This document shows, in pieces, positions 1 to 8,730 of a stretch of 64,000 nt of DNA. The translations under genes were made by a program, and so were the position numbers. Below the pieces are notes generated by a model that searched no databases, was not told the origin of the DNA, and saw nothing but the letters and a program-made list of their open reading frames with translations. How positions within the stretch are numbered: the first letter of the stretch is position 1; every line of letters begins with the position of its first letter. The DNA is from Armatimonadota bacterium (lineage in GTDB: Bacteria > Armatimonadota > Fimbriimonadia > Fimbriimonadales > Fimbriimonadaceae): NCBI GenBank assembly GCA_031400935.1, contig JANNQV010000028.1:1-64000 (forward strand). The letters run 5' to 3'.

Positions 1-238
1 CTATCGGCCGGAGCCAACGAAGCCAACGGTAACGCCTCGAAAGTAAAGTCGCCTTATGGTCGCTGGGGATGGCGGGGACTTGTTGGGATTGGCTAGGTGT
101 AGCGGGGAATTGCTTTGCCACTCCCATCAACACCCAGCCTCTCCCAGCAATTTTCCCAGTTCTTCCCCCACTTCCGTGAATTTGCCTGGAAAAGCCTTAT
201 AATGGAAACTTCAACCCAAGAATGGGGAGGATTCCATC

Positions 239-2107
239 ATGAACCGTAATTCCATATTGTCTTTTATCATCGTTGCTACTGGAACGGGAGCATTACTTGC
301 TACTACCGCGACTTCTCAGTTCGGTGCTCCGAAGGCATACGTAAATCTTCAGCCAACAACGCCAGGAACGAGTCAATCGGGCCACGCTAACATTAGCGGA
401 ACGCTTACTGCAGAGCAGTTTCAAGGTGGCGGCGCAGGGCTTGCAGGGGTCGACGCCAACCTGCTCGACGGGCTGGACTCGACCGCCTTCCTTCAGTCCA
501 TCCCCGTGCCGTTGAACCTCAGCGGCACAAGCTCCACGCACATCATTCGCGGCGCGAACGCCTCCACTAATGGCGGCTCCACGGGCGTTCTCGGAGTGTC
601 CAGCGCTGCGAGTGGCATTACTTTCGGGGTTCATGGCCGTAGTGAGAGCACGGAAGGCACAGGGGTATACGGCTTCGCTCCGGCCCTCAGCGGGCCCACC
701 TACGGGGTACTCGGCGAAAGCTACAGCACGGGTGGGCGGGGCATCTCCGGCTCGGCCTACGCCGGCAGCGGCATCACGTATGGCGTCCATGGCCAGAGCG
801 CCAGCTCGGATGGACGTGGTGTCTACGGCTTGGCCACAGCCGCCTCCGGCTACACATACGGCGGCCGCTTCGAGAGCAACAGCATCAGCGGTTTCGGCGT
901 TTACGCCGTTGCCACCGCCGTCACCCCCAACCCCACCTTCGGCGTGTACGCCGAGACCCGCAGCTCGTCCAACAACGCCGCTGGCGTCTACGGCGTTGCC
1001 ACCGCCGGCACCGGCACCACCGCCGGCGTGTACGGCCTGAGCAGCGGCACGGACGGACGCGGAGTCTACGGCGAGGCCAGAGCCGGCTCCGGCACCAACT
1101 ACGGCGTGTACGGGCAGAGCGTCAGCCAGAACGGCACTGGCGTCCACGGCAACTGCACGTTCGGAATCGGCGTCCACGGCGACGGGTTCGATGGTGTGAA
1201 GGGCGAAACGCGCGCTACGGACGGCCGCGGAATCTGGGGGAGAACTTCCGCCACATCCGGGTGCGGCGTCTTCGGCAATGCTACCGCCGGCAGCGGCGGC
1301 ACTACTTACGGCGGGTACTTTGAGACCAACAGCATCGGCGCCAACTCCACGGGTGTTCGCGGCGAGGCCCGCGCCCAGAGCGGCACCACGTACGGCGTGT
1401 GGGGCGTGAGCCAAAGCACTACCTGGTACGGCGTGGTCGGTGTTAACGACCAAACAGGCAACACGATTACCTACGGAGTGTACGGACGGAGCGCCACCGC
1501 GTTCGCGCGCGGGGTCTACGGCGCAGCCACCGCCACCAGCGGCAACCCGGTTGGCGTGCTAGGTGAGAGTAATGGGATCGGATGGGGCCTCTACGCCCTC
1601 GGCAGCTCGGGCGCTAGCGGCACGAAGTCCTTCTGCATCGACCACCCGGACGACCCTGAGAACAAGTACCTGCTCCACTACTCGACAGAGAGCCCAATGC
1701 CGCAAAACTTCTATGTCGGCAATGTAGTTACCGATTCGCAAGGGTACGCATGGGTTGAGCTACCGGACTACTTTGGCGAGATCAACACGAACTTCAAATA
1801 TCAGCTCACAGTGATTGACGAATCTGACTCCGATCACTTTATTTGGGCAAAAGTAGTTAAGAAGATCAACGGAAACGTGTTTCGAATTCGGACTAACGAG
1901 CCCAACATTGAAGTCTCGTGGCGCGTGGATGCCGACCGGAACGACCTTTACGTGCGCGATCGCAAGCCAAAGGATGTCGTTGAAAAGCAAGGGCGCGAGC
2001 GTGGAACCTATCAGCACCCCGAACTCTACGGAATGCCGAAGGAACGCGGGATGAACTATCGGCCTGAGCTAGAGAAGTTGGAAATGCCGGTTAAGCGAAA
2101 GGGATAG
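239..2107 (+). CDS. Secreted Gly-rich GVxG-repeat (beta-helix/fibre-like) protein with a conserved C-terminal 'FxIDHPxDPENKYL' domain
   Basis: N-terminal hydrophobic signal. Many GVYG/GVHG/GVLG repeats. C-terminal KSFCIDHPDDPENKYLLHYSTESP...VELPDYF domain seen in surface or tail-fibre-like proteins. GGAGG RBS upstream. Confidence 0.8.
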   Translation: MNRNSILSFIIVATGTGALLATTATSQFGAPKAYVNLQPTTPGTSQSGHANISGTLTAEQFQGGGAGLAGVDANLLDGLDSTAFLQSIPVPLNLSGTSSTHIIRGANASTNGGSTGVLGVSSAASGITFGVHGRSESTEGTGVYGFAPALSGPTYGVLGESYSTGGRGISGSAYAGSGITYGVHGQSASSDGRGVYGLATAASGYTYGGRFESNSISGFGVYAVATAVTPNPTFGVYAETRSSSNNAAGVYGVATAGTGTTAGVYGLSSGTDGRGVYGEARAGSGTNYGVYGQSVSQNGTGVHGNCTFGIGVHGDGFDGVKGETRATDGRGIWGRTSATSGCGVFGNATAGSGGTTYGGYFETNSIGANSTGVRGEARAQSGTTYGVWGVSQSTTWYGVVGVNDQTGNTITYGVYGRSATAFARGVYGAATATSGNPVGVLGESNGIGWGLYALGSSGASGTKSFCIDHPDDPENKYLLHYSTESPMPQNFYVGNVVTDSQGYAWVELPDYFGEINTNFKYQLTVIDESDSDHFIWAKVVKKINGNVFRIRTNEPNIEVSWRVDADRNDLYVRDRKPKDVVEKQGRERGTYQHPELYGMPKERGMNYRPELEKLEMPVKRKG

Positions 2108-2262
2108 CTGGCAAGTTGTCTGCAGGTGGTTGACAGGTAGTTTGCTGGTCGTTTGCCAGTAGCAAGCAATGTGCCGACAATTGCCGACAACTTGCCGACA
2201 ACTTGCAAACATTCCAAGCCACACCCAGCTACACCCAGCCATTCCCAGCCATAATTCCTACC

Positions 2263-3228
2263 ATGCGAATTGGCATCCTCGGCGCGGGCGGAATGGGAAA
2301 TGTTCACGCCCGGCACTACCAAAATATCCCCGGCGTTGAACTCACAATTTTCGAACCCATCGCCGAAAAAGCTGCCGAATATGCTGCCAAGTGGAACGCG
2401 AGACAAGCCGATTCGTACGACGAACTGCTGAAACAAGTTGACGTAGTAGATATCTGCCTTCCTACAAACCTCCACTTTGAAAATGGCAGAAAGGCAATCG
2501 CGGCAGGAAAAGCCGTTTTTATGGAAAAGCCACTTGCGGGAAACCTGAAGGACGCCGCAATCCTCGTTGAAGAATCTCAGAAGGCTGGCGTGCCATTTGC
2601 AGTTGGGCATGTGGTTCGCTACTTTGCCGAATACAAAAAAGCTCATGAAGTCATCGCATCCGGCGCTATCGGGACTCCGGCAGCCGCTCGAACTCGTCGC
2701 GGTGGGCTCGCTCCCAGAAGCCCTTGGTTTCAGGACTATGACGCATCTGGAGGCGTGATTCTTGATCTCGCCATCCACGATTTCGACTGGCTTCGTTGGA
2801 CGCTTGGCGAAGTGAATTTAGTCACATCCCGTTCGACAGGCCTTTCCAAAGGCACTTGGCCGGATTACTCTCTAACAACTCTTTCATTTGAATCCGGAGC
2901 CTTCTCTCACACAGAAGCGACATGGATGGATCCAGCCGGATTTCGAGTTACCTTTTGCGTAAGTGGCTCAGAAGGAATGATCGAGCACGACAGTCGGAGA
3001 ACTCAAATCCTCAAGACAACGACAGCCGAAAAGCCAACTGCGAACGAATCGCCGCTCCATTCTTCAGACGACCCGTTTTTCAAGCAGCTATCTGCATTTG
3101 TTGAATCAATCAAGAATGGGACACCTGTTCCCGTTTCTGCTGAAGAAGGGTTCAAGTCTTTGGCGGTCGCCCTTGCCGCGGTTGAAAGTGCGAAGACCCA
3201 AAAATCGGTTGTTCCATCAGCAGGATAA
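2263..3228 (+). CDS. Gfo/Idh/MocA family NAD(P)-dependent oxidoreductase
   Basis: MRIGILGAGGMG Rossmann start, EKP motif and GGVILDLAIHDFD. Start moved to ATG 2263. Confidence 0.93.
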   Translation: MRIGILGAGGMGNVHARHYQNIPGVELTIFEPIAEKAAEYAAKWNARQADSYDELLKQVDVVDICLPTNLHFENGRKAIAAGKAVFMEKPLAGNLKDAAILVEESQKAGVPFAVGHVVRYFAEYKKAHEVIASGAIGTPAAARTRRGGLAPRSPWFQDYDASGGVILDLAIHDFDWLRWTLGEVNLVTSRSTGLSKGTWPDYSLTTLSFESGAFSHTEATWMDPAGFRVTFCVSGSEGMIEHDSRRTQILKTTTAEKPTANESPLHSSDDPFFKQLSAFVESIKNGTPVPVSAEEGFKSLAVALAAVESAKTQKSVVPSAG

Positions 3229-3292
3229 CTTGCCAAAAATTTACAGCAAATCAGAACTAATCCCCTGAATTTCTCGTACAATACTATTAGTA

Positions 3293-3700
3293 GTGCGAAA
3301 ACTTACCTTTTTGGGCACAATCACTCGCATTGCGTTGGCAATCTTCATCGGATTTGCCGCGCTCCCGTTTGCGCCAGCCACTTCATGCAGTGGCTCGAAT
3401 TGCAAAAGCGATTGCCCGATGCACGAAGCAAAGGTTGAAACTAAATCTTGTTGCGCAGAAAAATCAAAACCAGTCGTCTGCATTTGCTGTTCAGAACAAA
3501 TGCTAATCGCGGTTGCCACGATCCCTGATTCGCAATCCTTCGAGATCCGACTTATTGCGACGATCTCAACGAAACAAATCGGGGCCAAGAAGCCGATTCA
3601 AAGTCAATCGAACAAACTTGGACCCACTCACAATCACGACCCGCCATGCGCGATCCAAGTCGAAATTGATTCTCCTCGCGGCCCGCCAGCCATGGCATAA
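3293..3700 (+). CDS. Secreted Cys-rich leader peptide ending in an RGPP arrest motif (CruR/CutF/DUF2946-like uORF)
   Basis: Signal-like N-terminus, CxxxxCxxxC, CC and CxCC clusters, and C-terminal DSPRGPPAMA. The anti-SD overlaps the D-S-P codons. Confidence 0.7.
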   Translation: MRKLTFLGTITRIALAIFIGFAALPFAPATSCSGSNCKSDCPMHEAKVETKSCCAEKSKPVVCICCSEQMLIAVATIPDSQSFEIRLIATISTKQIGAKKPIQSQSNKLGPTHNHDPPCAIQVEIDSPRGPPAMA

Positions 3701-3772
3701 CTCGTAGCATCTAGACGATGCTACAGCCAAAAGGCTCAAAAAGCCTCATGACAATTTCAGGAGAAAACAATG
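3666..3772 (+). promoter_or_regulatory. Anti-SD/SD translational attenuator for the YHS gene
   Basis: TTCTCCT (3670-3676) is complementary to AGGAGAA (3759-3765). Internal hairpins are GTAGCATC/GATGCTAC (3704-3724) and AGGCT/AGCCT (3732-3746). Confidence 0.65.
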
Positions 3773-4357
3773 ATTTCAACAATTATCGCAATTTCAATGC
3801 TCTCATCAGGAGCACTCTTCGCAGACGTCCAATGCGCCGTCCAACCCGATCCCATCAACCCAAAAATGGGGATGTTCGACTATGCCGGCGTCCGCTATGG
3901 CACATGCTGTGCTGGCTGCGTTCCGGCATTTACAAAAGAGCCGGCTAAATTCATCAAAGCCGCTGCCGAGGCAAACCGAACTATCGGCGTCGCACTATTC
4001 GACCCGACAACTGGAGTTCGCGTTGACGCAAAGAAGGCTACAGGCGGATTTTCAGACTATAAAGGAACTCGCTACTTCTTTGGAGCGGCGGCTTCAAAAA
4101 CGACATTCGATGCAAATCCAAGCCAATTCGGAACCATACCAGTTAAGGAAGCTCTGTACTGCCCAGTGATGGGCCACGGAGTTGCAGATTACGCTTCAGC
4201 CGGAGCGGTAGCCGACTTTGATGGCGTCCGCTATTACTTGTGCTGCACAGATTGCCTTGGCAACTTCAAAGCAAGCCCCGGCCAATATGCGGCGAAAGCG
4301 TCTTCGAAAGCCGTTGCGCCAAAGCTGGTTAAAGCCCCTAAGGAAAAGAGCGGATGA
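3770..4357 (+). CDS. Secreted multi-YHS/TRASH-domain Cys-rich metal-binding protein
   Basis: Signal peptide and three YHS-like units: CAV...YGTCCAGC, DPTTG...YKGTRYFF...FDANP and CPVMG...YYLCCTDC...FKASP. Confidence 0.85.
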   Translation: MISTIIAISMLSSGALFADVQCAVQPDPINPKMGMFDYAGVRYGTCCAGCVPAFTKEPAKFIKAAAEANRTIGVALFDPTTGVRVDAKKATGGFSDYKGTRYFFGAAASKTTFDANPSQFGTIPVKEALYCPVMGHGVADYASAGAVADFDGVRYYLCCTDCLGNFKASPGQYAAKASSKAVAPKLVKAPKEKSG

Positions 4358-4974
4358 AAGCGCTCATAACAATTTCGTTAGTCCTTGCGTTTTCTGGTAC
4401 TGCCTTGGCACAAAGCCAAGGCGGATGCCCGCTCTGAACAGCAGGTGGATTTGGGGCCGGTTCGGCCTCAGGTGAGCGACCTAAATGGTTGCTCAATACA
4501 GTAATTGCGCCTGACACCGTGACCAAAGGGGAAACCTTCCTTTGGCATACAGTGGATGACAAACTTCAGGTAGGAGTTGCTTATCTTTGGAAGCAAGGCG
4601 CGTTTCGAGGACTTGCTAACTATGTGCTAATTCCTCAACAGGGCAACAGTCCAAATTTGCGAATTGGACTCGGTCTTCAAGGAATTGCAACAGGAAATCC
4701 AGGCTATTTCGCTACAAGCGAGAAAGTTTGGACATCGGGAAAGAATGACTTTTCCGCCTACGTTGGAATTGGTTTTCGCGCAAACGAAAATCATAGCCAC
4801 ATGTTAGGCGGAGCAAAAGTTACGCCAAATCATGGTCCTTGGACTTTTGGCATCCAACTCGACGGCCATAGCAAACATCCGTTTGTTTCCCGTCGAATGG
4901 CATCAAATATAGTTTTGGGTGCCTATTGGATCGAAACCAAGAGCTTAGGGATAATGGTAAGCCTAAGCAAGTAG
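4354..4974 (+). CDS. Candidate selenoprotein: signal peptide + CxxU (CPLU) + beta-strand-rich, outer-membrane-barrel-like domain, 206 aa with UGA readthrough
   Basis: ATG 4354 overlaps the upstream stop (ATGA). MKALITISLVLAFSGTALA is a signal peptide. The in-frame TGA at 4435-4437 continues in frame into the 4489..4974 ORF. A SECIS-like hairpin follows. Confidence 0.72.
4449..4473 (+). promoter_or_regulatory. Putative bacterial SECIS element
   Basis: Hairpin ATTTGGGGCCG-GTT-CGGCCTCAGGT. The apical loop begins with G at 4460, 23 nt after the UGA. Confidence 0.6.
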
Positions 4975-4982
4975 CTCACTTA

Positions 4983-5140
4983 GCCCCTCCCTTTTTCGAC
5001 GAAGGAGAAAGAGGGAGGGGTTGGGGAGGGAGTTCAGTCCAACTTCGTCCAGCGAGCGAACTTAAAATCTCAAGTTCCGCTCACTCCACCCCCTAACCCC
5101 CCTCCTCTTTGCTCGTTCCTCGCAGAATGGAGGGGGGAAT
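4983..5140. repeat. CCCCTC-type REP-like inverted-repeat element between convergent genes
   Basis: cccctccct...gagggagggg and cccctcct...ggagggggg hairpins. Related copies at 25188, 29628, 41657 and 60844. Confidence 0.7.
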
Positions 5141-5147
5141 CAGATAA

Positions 5148-6449
5148 CTACCAACAATTCCGATCGCTAGTCCCGAATTTGGTAATCACATAACCATTGC
5201 GCTCTTCTTCTAGGCGATACCAATGGTAAACGCTCGTTCGTCGTCCCCATGGATCTGTGTATTCATGTCGGGCAACAACTTCGGCTTCATCTCGGTACGT
5301 TTTTACGGACTCAATTTCGTAGCTTCGCGTTTTGGAATTATAAATTCCGTCAAGCATTAGGTCGTAAAAATCGTCGGATTCGAGAGAATAGTCGTAGTTT
5401 CCGTTGCTGTAAATATGAATTCTATCCTTACCGGAAATCAATCGTCCAAGTGCTCTGCGATCTTGATTTTCAAATGCCTTGACAATGTCGTCAATCGCAT
5501 AATCTACATCCGAACGATTGTTATTGTAGCTTCGGCCATTCCAAGAATCATAACGGTTGTACCGATAGTCGTTTCCTCGCCAAATCACAATTGGAATGCT
5601 TATGATTCTGATGCAATTATAGTTTAGGTACCCGGGTAGCGACGAATAGTAGTACCAAGGCGAAACCACGCAACGAGTAGACCAAGGGCTAAATACGTAC
5701 CGGTTGCTCCAGAAATAGTCGTCGCACCAATCGTTGTTGTAATGGTAGTAGCCGTTTCGCCAGCTATTGTCATAGATGTTGCCGCGTTTTCGCGGGTTGT
5801 CTTCGCGCAAGACTAAGTTAGCAAGACTTTGCGAACTTGGGGCACCACGAATGATTACAGGCTCAATTCTTCCGCGGCCATTGTTCGAATTGTTTACGGA
5901 GCCATCGTAGCCACCTCGTCCGTTACGAGGAATTCGTCCCAACTGTTCTGAGCCTTGCTTGACCCCGGTAGGACCGTTTCCGCCTCGGACTGGAGGATTT
6001 GAAACTGGATTCTCACGCCCACCGCCGGATGGAGGATTATCTCCTCTTGTAATCGGATTTTCTCTCGGTGTGGTCCCGCCGCCAGCTTGCGGAGGATTCT
6101 CGCGAGGTTTTGGCACTTCCCTGCCACCACCAGATTGAGGTGGATTCTCTCGTGGCTTAGGTACTTCTCTGCCGCCGCCAGATTGGGGAGGATTCTCGCG
6201 AGGCTTGGGGGCTTCTCTGCCGCCGCCAGACTGGGGCGGGTTCTCCTTAGGTTTTGGAGTTTCTCTGCCACCGTCAGATTTGGGTGGATTTTCTCGTGGC
6301 TTTGGAGTTTCTCTGCCGCCGCCAGATTGGGGAGGCGAAGATGGGGGGCGATTTCCGCCACCATTGCCTTTTTGAAGCTGAGCACCAGCCGTCACTGAAA
6401 ACAGTACGGCTCCGGCACTTAAAATTGCATACCAACGAAGTGATTTCAT
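5148..6449 (-). CDS. Secreted protein with Pro/Gly-rich tandem repeats, an aromatic-rich middle region and a C-terminal NTF2/SnoaL-like domain
   Basis: Signal peptide (AGA|Q), SGGGRExPKPRENPPx repeats and a W/Y-rich region. The C-terminal fold is an inference. Confidence 0.8.
   Translation of the reverse strand: MKSLRWYAILSAGAVLFSVTAGAQLQKGNGGGNRPPSSPPQSGGGRETPKPRENPPKSDGGRETPKPKENPPQSGGGREAPKPRENPPQSGGGREVPKPRENPPQSGGGREVPKPRENPPQAGGGTTPRENPITRGDNPPSGGGRENPVSNPPVRGGNGPTGVKQGSEQLGRIPRNGRGGYDGSVNNSNNGRGRIEPVIIRGAPSSQSLANLVLREDNPRKRGNIYDNSWRNGYYHYNNDWCDDYFWSNRYVFSPWSTRCVVSPWYYYSSLPGYLNYNCIRIISIPIVIWRGNDYRYNRYDSWNGRSYNNNRSDVDYAIDDIVKAFENQDRRALGRLISGKDRIHIYSNGNYDYSLESDDFYDLMLDGIYNSKTRSYEIESVKTYRDEAEVVARHEYTDPWGRRTSVYHWYRLEEERNGYVITKFGTSDRNCW
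6087..6326 (-). repeat. Five 48-nt coding tandem repeats (SGGGRE[TAV]PKP[RK]ENPP[QK])
   Basis: Directly visible in the translation and the DNA. Confidence 0.9.
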
Positions 6450-6551
6450 GATTTCCTCACAATATAGTAAGTCCTTTGAGGGACTCGTACCTATAAAACG
6501 ATTCAGACCGCTATGTAGTTACGCACCATTACTACTGTACACCAACTTTTG

Positions 6552-6697
6552 TTTGGGAGTGCGCGCGCTTGACCGCGCTTTCGCACACGGACAAAGGAAA
6601 AGGGACAAGGGAAAACCTGGTATCTGGCATTGTCTTTTTTCCATTATCCTTTGTCCGATCCCATGAAAAAGCGCGGTCATGCGCGTGCACTCCCAAA
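6552..6697. repeat. TTTGGGAGTGCGCG..TTGACCGCGCTTT inverted-repeat element, copy 1
   Basis: About 30-nt terminal inverted arms, with near-identical arms at 59114-59225 and 63658-63820. Confidence 0.85.
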
Positions 6698-6741
6698 GAG
6701 ACTAACTCCAAATTCACACAGAACCTGCCAAAATTAACAGC

Positions 6742-7758
6742 ATGGCAAAGCAAAGAGTAGCGATCATTCCCGGCGACGGCATCGGACCCGAAATTATGGA
6801 TGTCACAATCGGCATTCTCGAACAAACCGGATTCGAAGCCGAATGGGTTTACCTTGATGCAGGCCTTGCGGCAATCGAGAAGGGAAAGGCGGCAATGCCA
6901 CAAGAAACGATTGACACGATTCGAGAAATTGGCGTCGCATTAAAGAGCCCCACAACCACCCCAAGTGGCGGTGGCCATGTCAGCGCCAATGTGACACTTC
7001 GAAAGGCACTCGACCTCTTTGCAAACGTTCGCCCCGCGAAAATCATGCCGGGTGTGAAAAGCGCGTTCAGCGACAGAGACATTGACATCATCATTGTCCG
7101 CGAAAACACCGAGGACCTTTACGCTGGAATCGAATATATGCCGCACCCAGATGTTGCCCAATCCATTAAGGTTATCACTCGTGACGCCAGTTCGCGGCTG
7201 TTCAAATACACCTTCGATATGGCGAGAAAGCAGGGTCGAAAGCTAGTGACTGTGGTTCACAAAGCCAACATCATGAAGATCAGCGATGGGCTCTTCATTG
7301 AAGAATTTTATAAAGCAGCTGAGCTTAATAATGATATCGAAGCCAACGACATCATCGTTGATAATTGTTGCATGCAGCTTGTAACTAAGCCTGAGAAATT
7401 CGACGTTTTAGTCACTCAAAACCTTTACGGCGACATTATTTCTGATCTTTGCGCTGGACTTGTCGGCGGGCTCGGGCTCGCACCCGGTGCCAATATCGGC
7501 GTAAATTGCGCGGTTTTTGAAGCCGTCCACGGTTCAGCTCCGGACATTGCCGGAAAGGGCGTCGCAAACCCGACTGCACTGCTCATGAGCGCAGTCATGA
7601 TGCTTAGATACCTCGGTCATCACGAGCAGGCAAACCAAATCGCGACCTCAGTTCTGCGAGTTTGCAAAGACGGAAAATGCCTAACCATTGACCTAGGAGG
7701 AAAGGCGAACACGAAAGAATATGTGGAAGAGTTGCTGAGCATCGCGGCTGGGGCATGA
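6742..7758 (+). CDS. icd: NAD-dependent isocitrate dehydrogenase (isocitrate/isopropylmalate dehydrogenase family)
   Basis: PGDGIGPE, SANVTLRK, RENTEDLY, HKANIMK, NLYGDIISD and FEAVHGSAPDIAG motifs. Confidence 0.85.
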   Translation: MAKQRVAIIPGDGIGPEIMDVTIGILEQTGFEAEWVYLDAGLAAIEKGKAAMPQETIDTIREIGVALKSPTTTPSGGGHVSANVTLRKALDLFANVRPAKIMPGVKSAFSDRDIDIIIVRENTEDLYAGIEYMPHPDVAQSIKVITRDASSRLFKYTFDMARKQGRKLVTVVHKANIMKISDGLFIEEFYKAAELNNDIEANDIIVDNCCMQLVTKPEKFDVLVTQNLYGDIISDLCAGLVGGLGLAPGANIGVNCAVFEAVHGSAPDIAGKGVANPTALLMSAVMMLRYLGHHEQANQIATSVLRVCKDGKCLTIDLGGKANTKEYVEELLSIAAGA

Positions 7759-8639
7759 CTATCCTCCTCCTCGGCGCAAAAGGAATGCTCGGCACAGATG
7801 TCGCTGAAGAAGTGCGCGGTCGGAGGTGGAACCTAATCGCCCTCGACCGCGAAGACTTCGACATTTCAAACCCCGAAGACTCCGCAAAAATTATCTCAGG
7901 CGAATATGGGAAGTTCGATTGGTGCATCAACTGCGCCGCCTACACTGCTGTTGATAAAGCCGAATCCGAACCTGACCTTGCGTTCGCAATCAACGGACTT
8001 GGTCCAAGCTATCTTTCCAAAGCAGTTGGAGCCGTTGGAGCAAGGCTCATCCAAATTAGCACAGACTTCGTTTTCGATGGTACAAAGACCACTCCCTATG
8101 AAACAGACGATCCAACCAACCCGCTTTCGGTCTATGGAAAGTCGAAGTTGATGGGAGAAGAAGGAGCGCTTTCAGGCTCGCCTGATGCTATCGTGCTTCG
8201 AACTTCTTGGCTCTTTGGATCGAATGGCAATTGCTTTCCTAAGACCATGATCCGAGCTTACGAGGCTGGCAAGCAACTCCGGGTAGTGGCTGACCAAATT
8301 GGTTGTCCAACCTATACAAAAGACCTCGCCCACGCGATCTGCCAAATGATCCAAAGCAACATTTCAGGTGGCATTTACCACTTTTGCGGCCCAGAAGCGA
8401 TGTCGTGGCATGAATTTGCAGTGCGCACATTGCAAGCTTGGATTGAAGAAAAGGGAGAAGACGAGTTGCCAACCATTGATCCACTTCAAACCGAAGATTG
8501 GCCCACTCCGGCGACAAGGCCGAAATACTCCGTATTGGATAGTGAGGGGCTTCGAGAATTCGGAATTGCCCGGCTCAATAACGTTCAGAGTTGCCTTAAA
8601 GCCTTCTGTGGCGCTTCAGATAGCAAAGCTACACATTAG
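7755..8639 (+). CDS. rfbD: dTDP-4-dehydrorhamnose reductase
   Basis: GAKGMLG, NCAAYTAVDKAE, STDFVFDG, YGKSK, DQIGCPT and RPKYSVL motifs. Confidence 0.95.
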   Translation: MTILLLGAKGMLGTDVAEEVRGRRWNLIALDREDFDISNPEDSAKIISGEYGKFDWCINCAAYTAVDKAESEPDLAFAINGLGPSYLSKAVGAVGARLIQISTDFVFDGTKTTPYETDDPTNPLSVYGKSKLMGEEGALSGSPDAIVLRTSWLFGSNGNCFPKTMIRAYEAGKQLRVVADQIGCPTYTKDLAHAICQMIQSNISGGIYHFCGPEAMSWHEFAVRTLQAWIEEKGEDELPTIDPLQTEDWPTPATRPKYSVLDSEGLREFGIARLNNVQSCLKAFCGASDSKATH

Positions 8640-8730
8640 CTTCAAATGAACTTAAACAGTACCTGGTATTTTTACCTGCTTTATGGGCAAAAAAAATATA
8701 GACAACTTTAACGCCTTAATCTGACATATA

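Noticed and set aside
1..96. Possible 3' end of a gene at the window edge
   Set aside because: Too short and partly made of repeat sequence, so it cannot be supported.
293..1453. 386-aa minus-strand ORF and 156-aa alternative-frame ORF
   Set aside because: Shadows of the GC-rich repeat region of 239..2107, with no independent motifs.
4489..4974. 161-aa ORF as a stand-alone gene with a TTG start
   Set aside because: No signal peptide. It is better explained as the part of 4354..4974 downstream of the UGA.
6087..6326. Regular repeats as a CRISPR array
   Set aside because: They are in-frame coding repeats with no unique spacers, and no cas genes are present.
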